Of a stretch of DNA of 41,148 nucleotides, positions 28,755-36,832 are shown in pieces. Positions within the stretch are counted from its first letter, which is position 1. Each line of letters starts with the position of its first letter. Origin of the DNA: an uncultured Gammaproteobacteria bacterium (GTDB lineage Bacteria > Pseudomonadota > Gammaproteobacteria > HK1). The position numbers and the translations under genes are program-made. The notes under the pieces were generated by a model. That model was not told the origin of the DNA. It worked only from the letters and a program-made list of their open reading frames with translations, and did no database searches. The stretch spans positions 1 to 41,148 of the forward strand of contig CBDTYP010000001.1 of assembly GCA_965364645.1 (NCBI GenBank). The letters are read 5' to 3'.

Positions 28755-31103
28755 ATGAACGGATGGCGCGGCGCGTGGCTCCTGGCAGCCGTTCTGCTGC
28801 AGATCGGCTGCGCGGCGACAGTGCCGCCCCACCGCACCGTCGACAGGGTAGCCTCCACCGGACTCGCCGCCGACGAGGGTGTCTCCGTGGTCTTCGACAG
28901 GGCGTTGCCGGGACTCTTCGCGGGCAGAGAGGAGACCATCGCGCGTTGCGTCTTCGACGCGCTCGAGGACATTCGACCGGATGTGAATGCCATTCGCCCC
29001 CGCGTGTTTCGAAAGGCGGCATTTCCCACCCGCTCGTCGGAGCCAACGCCCGTGACGGCGAGGCCCTGGGAGAAGATGGTCCTCGATCCCAAGGTGCGGA
29101 AACGCGTTTCCGAAATCGGACTCCGCTACCTGGTGATCGTGGATGTCGAGAAGAGGGACGGCACATCCGACGGCGACGCGTTCTCAGCATTCATCGTTTC
29201 GGTCTACGGAAACGAATGGCAGGCCTCCACGAAGATCACCGCGACCATCATGGACGTCAAGCTCGGGCACAAGGTCGGGACCGTATCGATCCACAGCACC
29301 GACACCGAAGGCTACTCGATTCTGTTCGTTCTGTACTACCCGCTTCCGTTCTACGACCCGGACCAGAGCTATCATCTTGCCTGTAACGAGCTCGGTGCCA
29401 CAGTCGCTCGTTTCCTGTCCGCCGAGGTCGATCTGTTCGCGGCGACCCGCAGCGGAGATACGATACGGATCGAAAGGCGGATCGAAGAAGGTGCGTATCT
29501 GGATGCACGAAACGAGCACGGCGAGACGGCGCTTCACATCGCGGTGCTCGACAGTAAGGTAGAGGCGGCGGGGGTACTGATCGCTAACGGGGCGAGCCTG
29601 GAAATTGCCGCGAACAATGGAAGATCACCTCTCGAAACCGCACTCGCATACGTAGACGAGGAGATGAGCCTTCTCCTGATCGAAAGCGGGGCATCGGTCG
29701 ACATCGAAGACCATCTCGGTCGCACACCCCTCCATATGGCTACCGAATTCAGGGACACCGAGGTACTGACATCGTTGATCCACCATGGAGCACCGATCGA
29801 TGCGCTGGACGACACGGGAGCCACTCCCCTGGCTCTGGCCGTGGGCACGGGAAACCGGGCGGCGGCCCGTGTCCTCATCGAGGGTGGTGCGGATCTCGAG
29901 AAGCGAGCCAGGAATCGGCGGTGGCCCCTCGAGGAAGCCGTCTTCCGGGGCGATACGGACATGGCTTCCCTGCTGATCGCCGGCGGCGCCGACACGATGG
30001 ATCTCGATGAGGAACTCGACAATCATCTGCTTCACTCGGTGCGGTCCGGTCATCTCGAGATGGCGGAGCTTCTGATCGCCCGGGGCGCAGATGTCAACGC
30101 GACCTACGAAGATGAGAGAAAACTTCTATCAATTGCCGTTCGGAAAGCGGACGAACCGATGATGCAGATGCTCCTGGACAACGGGTCACGGGTGAACGCG
30201 CGGGAGCGGCACGGCCAATCCGCTCTGCATGTCGCCGTTGGTACCCGGTCGCCGGCTGGTGTCGAGCTCCTGCTCTCTCGGGGTGCCGACGTCGATGCGG
30301 TGGATGCAGACGGGAGAACGGCTCTTCGCCACACTGCATACGAAGACAACGTGCTCTTTATGAATCTCCTGCTCTCCCATGGCGCGACGATCGATACGAA
30401 GCGCGCGGACGCGCTGCTGATTCCAGCGCTCGACAGTGCGATCGACAGGGGAGACCGGCACTCCGCGGAGGTGCTCGTCGCTCTCGGCGCGGATGTGAAT
30501 TTCCCCGATGGCCACGGTAGGACGGCGATACATCGTGCCTCGGAGAGTGGTAACGATGGGGCCATCCTGGAGCTCATCGAACTCGGCGCGGATGTGAGCG
30601 CGAGAGATGGCCATGGCGTTACGCCGCTGCACCTGGCCGCGATGGCGGGCAGTCTCGAGTCGTGCAGAACGCTGCTCGAACAGGGTGCCGATGCCGGGTC
30701 GGCTGATAGGAAATCCAGGACACCGTTGCATGCCGCGTCCTACTTCGGACACGCGGACATCGTCGAGTTGATGGTCGATGACGGCGGCGAAGTCAATGCC
30801 GTAGACCGGCTCGGGCAGACGCCGCTTCTCCTCGCTGTTCGCCGTAACCATACCGGGGTATCTGAGTTTCTCGTCGCACGAGGTGCGAACGTCAACGTCA
30901 CCGACGCGAAGGGACGCAGCGCTCTTCAGGCGGCGGTCTACCAGAATCAGCTTTCGGTGGCGGAGCTTCTATTGAGGAATGGGGCGGATTCGACCATCAG
31001 GGATGAACTGGATCGAGATCTGCATTCGGTCGCGACTCTCCAGGGCAACACCGAGATGATCGAGCTTCTCGAGAAGTATCGCGCCACGGCGCTATCGATG
31101 TGA
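28755..31103 (+). CDS. Lipoprotein with novel ~210-aa N-terminal domain followed by ~17 ankyrin repeats
   Basis: Track ORF from TTG 28722. I prefer the ATG at 28755, 7 nt after GGAGG. Signal peptide plus lipobox: MNGWRGAWLLAAVLLQIGC. From about nt 29415, the sequence consists of 33-aa units with the TPLH..A...G....V.LL...GA..N consensus (e.g. GRTPLHMATEFRDTEVLTSLIHHGAPIDA). Confidence 0.88.
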   Translation: MNGWRGAWLLAAVLLQIGCAATVPPHRTVDRVASTGLAADEGVSVVFDRALPGLFAGREETIARCVFDALEDIRPDVNAIRPRVFRKAAFPTRSSEPTPVTARPWEKMVLDPKVRKRVSEIGLRYLVIVDVEKRDGTSDGDAFSAFIVSVYGNEWQASTKITATIMDVKLGHKVGTVSIHSTDTEGYSILFVLYYPLPFYDPDQSYHLACNELGATVARFLSAEVDLFAATRSGDTIRIERRIEEGAYLDARNEHGETALHIAVLDSKVEAAGVLIANGASLEIAANNGRSPLETALAYVDEEMSLLLIESGASVDIEDHLGRTPLHMATEFRDTEVLTSLIHHGAPIDALDDTGATPLALAVGTGNRAAARVLIEGGADLEKRARNRRWPLEEAVFRGDTDMASLLIAGGADTMDLDEELDNHLLHSVRSGHLEMAELLIARGADVNATYEDERKLLSIAVRKADEPMMQMLLDNGSRVNARERHGQSALHVAVGTRSPAGVELLLSRGADVDAVDADGRTALRHTAYEDNVLFMNLLLSHGATIDTKRADALLIPALDSAIDRGDRHSAEVLVALGADVNFPDGHGRTAIHRASESGNDGAILELIELGADVSARDGHGVTPLHLAAMAGSLESCRTLLEQGADAGSADRKSRTPLHAASYFGHADIVELMVDDGGEVNAVDRLGQTPLLLAVRRNHTGVSEFLVARGANVNVTDAKGRSALQAAVYQNQLSVAELLLRNGADSTIRDELDRDLHSVATLQGNTEMIELLEKYRATALSM

Positions 31104-31164
31104 CAGGCGATTGGGTGTAAATTTCCAGGCTCGCCATATCAGCTGTCAATCGGAGACTCCAGAC

Positions 31165-31941
31165 ATGACCGTCGAAAACAAAGTCACGATTATCACCGGG
31201 GGAGCCCAGGGTATAGGTCTCGCCTGCGGTCAGCGCTTCGCCCGCGACGGTGCGCGGGTGGTACTGGCCGACATCAGTGACGAGAAGGGCGAGGCCGCGG
31301 CCGAGGCGATTCGCTCAGAAGGAGGAGATGCGGTCTATGTCCACTGCGACGTCGGAGATAAGTCCCAGGTGAATGCCCTCGTCGAAGGTACCGTCGAACG
31401 TCACGGTCGCCTCGACGTCATGATTTCCAATGCCGCGGTCCTGCACATCGCGGACATTCTGGACCTCGAGGAGGAGGACTACGACCGCGTCCTGCGGGTC
31501 AACCTCAAGGGATTTTTCCTGACAGGCCAGGCGGCGGCTCGACAGATGGTGGCCCAGGGCGGCGGCGGATCGATAATCAACATGTCCTCCATCCAGGCGG
31601 TGATCACCCTACCCAACATCCTGACCTATTCGATATGCAAGGGTGGAGTAAAGTCCCTGACCGTGAGCATGGCCCTCGCGCTCGCCGACAAGGGTGTACG
31701 CGTCAACGCGATCGGGCCCGGCAGCATCGCCACCGACATGGTGATGCAACTCATGGTGGACGAAGCTGCGCGCAAGAAGCTGCTCTCGCGCACGCCCCTG
31801 GGTCGTTTGGGAGAACCGTCGGAGATTGCGTCAGTCGCTGTCTTCCTCGCCAGCGACGAGTCGAGCTACGTCACCGGGGAGACCATCTACGTCGACGGGG
31901 GCCGGCTCGGACTCAACTACACGGTGCCGGTGCCGGACTGA
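31165..31941 (+). CDS. Short-chain dehydrogenase/reductase (SDR) family oxidoreductase
   Basis: Track ORF from TTG 31111, trimmed to the ATG at 31165 (GGAG 9 nt upstream). TGGAQGIGLA cofactor motif, NAAV, catalytic YSICK. Confidence 0.9.
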   Translation: MTVENKVTIITGGAQGIGLACGQRFARDGARVVLADISDEKGEAAAEAIRSEGGDAVYVHCDVGDKSQVNALVEGTVERHGRLDVMISNAAVLHIADILDLEEEDYDRVLRVNLKGFFLTGQAAARQMVAQGGGGSIINMSSIQAVITLPNILTYSICKGGVKSLTVSMALALADKGVRVNAIGPGSIATDMVMQLMVDEAARKKLLSRTPLGRLGEPSEIASVAVFLASDESSYVTGETIYVDGGRLGLNYTVPVPD

Positions 31942-31960
31942 GGCGCAAGCGCAGAGTCGC

Positions 31961-32833
31961 TCAAGGGCTCGTCATACGATATCGCACGACGCGGTCGTTG
32001 TAGGTATCGGAAAACCAGACGTCCCGGCCGCGGATCTCGACCCCCTCGGGTCGATTGAACACGCCCTCTCCCTTACCGGAGCGGCTGGTGCCGATCACTT
32101 TGAGCAGCGTACCGTCCGGCGCGATGATCTTGATCTGATTGCTGTACTTGTCGGCCACGTAGATCCGCCCGGCCGAGTCGAAGTCCATGTAGCGGGGCCC
32201 GTCGAACTCATAGGGGCTGCCCTTCAGCTCCAGATCGACAGCGAGTCCGGAGCCGAGGCGGACCATTCGATCGTTCGACGCGTCCGCCACCCAGGCCCGC
32301 CCGGATGGGTCGAACTCGACATCGTGGGGTGAGGAGAATCCTCCGATCTCTCCGACGACCTCGCCGTCCTCGTAGATGACCAGGTTCCCGGAGCCCGCCC
32401 CGGTCGCGAATACCCGGCCGCTCCCGTCGACGCCGACGCCTTCCGGTGCCCGGATCTTCCCCTCGATGGAGTCCACCAGCCGGCCCTCGGCGCCGCTGAT
32501 CTCGTAAACGGCGATGCGGTGATTCCGGGTGTCCGCGACCAGGAGCCGTCCCCCGGCGTCGAATACGACGTCATGAGGAGCCGCCAGCTCGCCGTCCCCG
32601 AAGGCGCCGACCTCGACGAGGGTGTCCGCATCGAGCACGGCGATCCGGTCGTTGTCGTTGTCGGCGACGAACAGGTGCGCGCCGTCCGGCGATAGCACGA
32701 TGTCGTGGGGGTGGGCGAGGTTCTCGGCGCTCGTCGCCATCAACGTGAGCGCGAGATCGTCTCCGCGGACGGCCCCCGCGCAGGCGAGGGCGCAGACGAA
32801 CAGCGCGAGTGCGGGAGCGAATTTCCGCCGCAT
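31961..32833 (-). CDS. Secreted NHL-repeat six-bladed beta-propeller protein
   Basis: Trimmed to the ATG at 32833 (MRRKFAPALALFVCALACAGA signal peptide). Repeated blades of the type PHDVVFDAGGRLLVADTRNHRIAVY / PHDVEFDPSGRAWVADASNDRMV / PEGVEIRGRDVWFSDTYNDRVV. Confidence 0.85.
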   Translation of the reverse strand: MRRKFAPALALFVCALACAGAVRGDDLALTLMATSAENLAHPHDIVLSPDGAHLFVADNDNDRIAVLDADTLVEVGAFGDGELAAPHDVVFDAGGRLLVADTRNHRIAVYEISGAEGRLVDSIEGKIRAPEGVGVDGSGRVFATGAGSGNLVIYEDGEVVGEIGGFSSPHDVEFDPSGRAWVADASNDRMVRLGSGLAVDLELKGSPYEFDGPRYMDFDSAGRIYVADKYSNQIKIIAPDGTLLKVIGTSRSGKGEGVFNRPEGVEIRGRDVWFSDTYNDRVVRYRMTSP

Positions 32834-32850
32834 AACCACAGAACCGTTGC

Positions 32851-35538
32851 TCAGGCCGCCGTCGACACTCCCGCGTCCGGTCCGAGCCACTGCTCGAGCG
32901 TCTTGCGCAGATCCCTGACGTCGTAGGGCTTGGAGAGGAAGCCGTTCATCCCGACGTCCCTGCAGTGTTGCTCACCATCACTCAAGACGCTGGCGGTCAG
33001 CGCGATGATCGGCACCCGCTTGCCCGATGCGATGCTGGATTCGTGGTCGCGAATCCGGCGAGTGCTCTCGAATCCGTCCATGACCGGCATGTGGCAGTCC
33101 ATGAATATCAGATCGAAGTCCCGGGCGCGGAACTTGGCGAGGGCCACCTCGCCGTTCTCGGCTACGTCCACGTCGCAATCGAACATCTCGAGCATGCGGC
33201 GCGCGACCCGCTGATTCATCACGTTGTCTTCGACGACGAGTACGGTCGCGCCGAAGGTCGGCATGCTCGGCGTTGGGACGGCTTTGAGCGTCGTCTGTTC
33301 CCTCGCAATCGGTTCCCGAACGAGCATGTCGCTCAGGGCATGGTGGAGATCCCGCTGCGAAATCGGTTTGCGCAGAGTGGCATCGATGCCCAGCTCGCGC
33401 AGGTTCTCCGGCTCGCTGCCGAGCAGGTCGGAGAGCATCAGCAGTATGCGCGGCCTGGACGAGCCGATGCGGGTGCAGATCTGGCGGGCGAGGGCGATGC
33501 CATCCATCCCCGGCAGCGTCCTGTCTACCAGCACGAGATCGAATGCGCCCCCGGCGACGTCCTGGTTGCGAAGGACGTTCATGGCGAGACTGCTGCTCGC
33601 CACGCAGACGGGCTGCATGCCCCAGGCAGTCATGTAGTCACGCAGCGCGCTCTGGACCGCCATGTTGTCCTCGACCCCCAGGACTCGCTGCCCTTGGAGC
33701 TCGGAAGACCGCACGGGGAAGTGTATCTGGTCGAATTCGGCTTCCACCGGCACGCTGAAACCGAAGGAGGAGCCCTTGTTGAGCGTGCTGTCGACGTGAA
33801 TCTCGCCGCCCATGAGCTCGACCAGCTGTCTCGATATGGCGAGGCCGAGGCCGGTGCCGCCGTACTCTCTGGTCGTCGAGGAGTCGGCCTGCGAGAATGA
33901 GTCGAAGATCCTGTCGAGATCCTTCTCCCGCAGCCCGATACCGGTATCGCATACCTCGACGTGTAGCATGCCGCCTTCGGAGAGCCGGTCGACCTTTGCA
34001 CGAATGGCGATTTCTCCGGAGTGCGTGAACTTGACTGCGTTCCCGACCAGGTTGTAGAGCACCTGCTTCAGTCGGCGGCCGTCGCCGCGAAGCGATTGCA
34101 GAGAGTCGCCGTCCACTATCGAGACGAGCTCGACGCCTTTCTGGGCGGCTTCATTGGAGAAGAATGCGGCGGTATGCTCGACCAGCCCTCGGAGATCGAA
34201 ATCCGTCTCGCTGACCTCGATCTTGCCCGAATCGAGGCGCGAGAAGTCGAGGATATCGTTCACCACGCGCAGGAGATGGTCGCTGCTCGACTTGATCATC
34301 TGCGCGCATTCCAGCTGCTGGGATTCGAGGCCCGTCTTCAACAGGTAGTCGGTCATGCCGACGACGCCGTTCATCGGCGTGCGGACCTCGTGGCTCATCT
34401 TGGCCAGGAACTCCGCCTTCGCCTGGGCCGCCTTCTCAGCCTCGTCCCTGGCTTCGCGCAGGGTGGCCTCGGCCTGCTGCCTCTCGTTGATCATCTTGTT
34501 GAATGCGTCAGCCAGGACCTGGAACTCGTCCTGGGAATTGACGTGGGCGCGCTCCGAGAAATCCCCCTTGGTGATGGCTTCGGTCACGACGAGCAGTTTC
34601 CGCAACGGATTCGTGAACGTTCTGGAGAGGAAGAGTGCGGTTGCGATCAACGCGAGCAGTGTGGCGAGCGTGATCCCGATAACCATGTTTCGAAGGTTGT
34701 TGGGCGCCTCCACGAACTCGTCGTAGGGAAGTGTTACGAGCAGCGACCAATCGGTGCCCGGTACCGGCGCGTAGGCGACATAAGCGTCGACGCCGAGGAT
34801 GCTCGCGCGCCCGAATCCCTTGCCGCCTCCCGTTGCCGCGCCGAGGAGTGCGCGCGACGGATCATCGTCTCCCGACGCGGTCTTGAGCATGCGGTTCTCG
34901 TCAGGGTAGGACAGCACCTTACCCTGTGAATCCACGACCGTGATGAATCCGAGCTGGCCGACTCCGGCTTCACTCGCGGGAGCGATCAGCTCCGACAGTG
35001 GTGAGCCGGCACGGATCATCCCAGCGAACTGACCGAAGAAGTCCTGATGCCAGTACGCGAAGCTGACGAACGGTTCTCCTCCCGGGGGCGTCTCCACCGC
35101 GGAGACTATGGCCTCGTTGGGATTCGCGGCCGCGAGCCGGAAGATGCTGGTGGCGGAAACATCCTGGAAGTTTTCGCTGACGCGGCCGCCCACCATCCGC
35201 TCTTCCTCGATGCCTTGCTCGTTCACGTACGTGAGGAAGGGAAATGTCCGTTTGTGCTCGGCGAACTTGCGCCCCAGGGAGTAGAAGGCGAAGTTGCGTG
35301 CATAGCGCTCCGTCGCATCGGAGAGCGCCAGTGCCTTGACGAGCTCCTGTCTGCGCTGGAGCTTGTGCGCGATTTGCTCGCCGGTCGACTGCGCGAGCAG
35401 GTCCAGGGTTTCGCGTTCCCGGTCGGTCACCGTCGTCATCAGTACCTGATGACTGATGATGCCCAGCGCGATGGTGACGGTGAGGATGATCGCGCAATAG
35501 GGGAGGAGGATCTTCTGCTTTATGGACTTTCTACTCAT
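32851..35538 (-). CDS. Hybrid sensor histidine kinase: TM-Cache-like periplasmic domain-TM-HAMP-HisKA-HATPase-REC-REC
   Basis: H-box MSHEVRTPMNGV, N-box LYNLVGNAVKFT, G-boxes DTGIGL and GGTGLGLAISRQL. Two receiver domains (DLVLVDRTLPGMDG and DLIFMDCHMPVMDG). No HPt domain seen. Confidence 0.92.
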   Translation of the reverse strand: MSRKSIKQKILLPYCAIILTVTIALGIISHQVLMTTVTDRERETLDLLAQSTGEQIAHKLQRRQELVKALALSDATERYARNFAFYSLGRKFAEHKRTFPFLTYVNEQGIEEERMVGGRVSENFQDVSATSIFRLAAANPNEAIVSAVETPPGGEPFVSFAYWHQDFFGQFAGMIRAGSPLSELIAPASEAGVGQLGFITVVDSQGKVLSYPDENRMLKTASGDDDPSRALLGAATGGGKGFGRASILGVDAYVAYAPVPGTDWSLLVTLPYDEFVEAPNNLRNMVIGITLATLLALIATALFLSRTFTNPLRKLLVVTEAITKGDFSERAHVNSQDEFQVLADAFNKMINERQQAEATLREARDEAEKAAQAKAEFLAKMSHEVRTPMNGVVGMTDYLLKTGLESQQLECAQMIKSSSDHLLRVVNDILDFSRLDSGKIEVSETDFDLRGLVEHTAAFFSNEAAQKGVELVSIVDGDSLQSLRGDGRRLKQVLYNLVGNAVKFTHSGEIAIRAKVDRLSEGGMLHVEVCDTGIGLREKDLDRIFDSFSQADSSTTREYGGTGLGLAISRQLVELMGGEIHVDSTLNKGSSFGFSVPVEAEFDQIHFPVRSSELQGQRVLGVEDNMAVQSALRDYMTAWGMQPVCVASSSLAMNVLRNQDVAGGAFDLVLVDRTLPGMDGIALARQICTRIGSSRPRILLMLSDLLGSEPENLRELGIDATLRKPISQRDLHHALSDMLVREPIAREQTTLKAVPTPSMPTFGATVLVVEDNVMNQRVARRMLEMFDCDVDVAENGEVALAKFRARDFDLIFMDCHMPVMDGFESTRRIRDHESSIASGKRVPIIALTASVLSDGEQHCRDVGMNGFLSKPYDVRDLRKTLEQWLGPDAGVSTAA

Positions 35539-35550
35539 CGGTCAGTCCCT

Positions 35551-36348
35551 TCATTGTTCGACCGGAATCGAATGGTTCGCGTTGATAATCGTGTGTGCCG
35601 CATCGGAGTGGAAAAACTGGACAAAGTGCGCGGCGCACCCGTTCAGCGGCTCCTTGTACGCGATGCCGAGATGCAGCGGGATCGCGGGAGACGCGACTAG
35701 AGCCTGACCGGAGGAGACCCCGTCGATCGCGATGGTCTTCAAGGGCAGGCCCGCGATGATGGTCATTGGCAGCGCGCCGAGAGTGTAGGGATGCTCGAGC
35801 AGCAGTGCCTTGGTCTCGAGGCTGCTGAACGTAGGCTTGGCGGCGGCCGGGATCTTCTCGAAGTCCGGGACATACTTGACCAATGTCCTCAAGGTCGTAC
35901 CTCCGTCGCGAATCAGCGGGTAGATCGCGTGGTCGGGTCCGCCGACTTCGTTCCAGTTGCGGATGCGGCCGGCGTAGATGTCGTTGACCTGCTTCGCGGT
36001 CAACGACTGCACGCCCTCCACCGAGGGGTGGACCGCGAACACAACCTGGGTCTCGGCGACCTCAGTGTACACGAGCCCTTTGGCGCGCTCCTTTTCCTTC
36101 AGCGGCCGCGATACCCGCGCGAGATCCGCCTGTCCGGCAAGCAGCTGCCGGATGCCGCCCCGGGATCCCACCGAGTCGGGCACCGATGCCTGGCACTCGG
36201 CATGGTGTTTCTCGAAGGCGGCGGCCACCTCCCGGAACAATTTCTGGCTCGCGCCCGTGCCGGCGACGACGATAGCCTCGGCGTGTACTGCGCCGGCCAG
36301 AAACAGGGCCGCCACGATCCCCGTCGCGAACCGTCCGATGGTCATCAT
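35551..36348 (-). CDS. Periplasmic substrate-binding protein, PstS-like (PBP type 2) fold
   Basis: Track ORF to 36387. I prefer the ATG ATG at 36348/36345 (MMTIGRFATGIVAALFLAGAVHA signal peptide). GTGASQKLF, GSRGGIRQLLAGQADLA and the LTAKQVNDIYAGRIRNWNEVGG motif are typical of phosphate-binding-like PBPs. Its stop lies 12 nt before the kinase start. Confidence 0.8.
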   Translation of the reverse strand: MMTIGRFATGIVAALFLAGAVHAEAIVVAGTGASQKLFREVAAAFEKHHAECQASVPDSVGSRGGIRQLLAGQADLARVSRPLKEKERAKGLVYTEVAETQVVFAVHPSVEGVQSLTAKQVNDIYAGRIRNWNEVGGPDHAIYPLIRDGGTTLRTLVKYVPDFEKIPAAAKPTFSSLETKALLLEHPYTLGALPMTIIAGLPLKTIAIDGVSSGQALVASPAIPLHLGIAYKEPLNGCAAHFVQFFHSDAAHTIINANHSIPVEQ

Positions 36349-36595
36349 ATGTAAACTTTTGTAATCAGAAACACTGAATTCGATCATCGGAGGCCTTATA
36401 TGTTGTTTTTCAGACGTCTAATTCTTAAGCGTTGTATGTCCGGAATTCTCTGCAGCGTGCACATAGTGTCGACTGACGCACAAATCGACGCAGAAGCGTC
36501 TATGATTTGATCAACTCGACAAGGCTGCTGAGGGGAATGTGGGACGGGGGTTCCAATCTCGTTCTCCAGCAATTTGAGTTACTAGAAAGACGCTT

Positions 36596-36673
36596 CCGTG
36601 GTCGTTTGCGCGGCCGAGGTTTTGCTCGCCAATATTATTGTTGCGGCGCAGCGCTTCGGACGGCGATCCACGG
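36596..36673 (+). other. Long imperfect hairpin in the AT-rich leader upstream of the PepSY gene (possible structured 5' UTR or small RNA)
   Basis: CCGTGG(36596-36601) pairs with CCACGG(36668-36673). TCG pairs with CGA. CCGAGG(36614-36619) pairs with CTTCGG(36654-36659) using one G-U pair. GCTCGCC pairs with GGCGCAGC with one bulge. The apical loop AATATTATTGTT is AT-rich. Confidence 0.3.
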
Positions 36674-36832
36674 GGTCGAGTTGGCCCCGGTCAATCAGTC
36701 TAAGTATAGAGCAGGCCGGGCGTCTAGCCAGGATGGTAGCAGGATGCAAAGAACAAATAGTGTCTGAAAATTAAAAGCCGCGACCAGGGACCGCCATGCG
36801 GATGACCGTAGGACGACGGCAGGAGTCGGAGA

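Noticed and set aside
36541-36575. GGGGGTTCCAATCTC, superficially like a tRNA T-arm
   Set aside because: There is no complementary 3' stem strand, and no acceptor or anticodon arms can be drawn around it.
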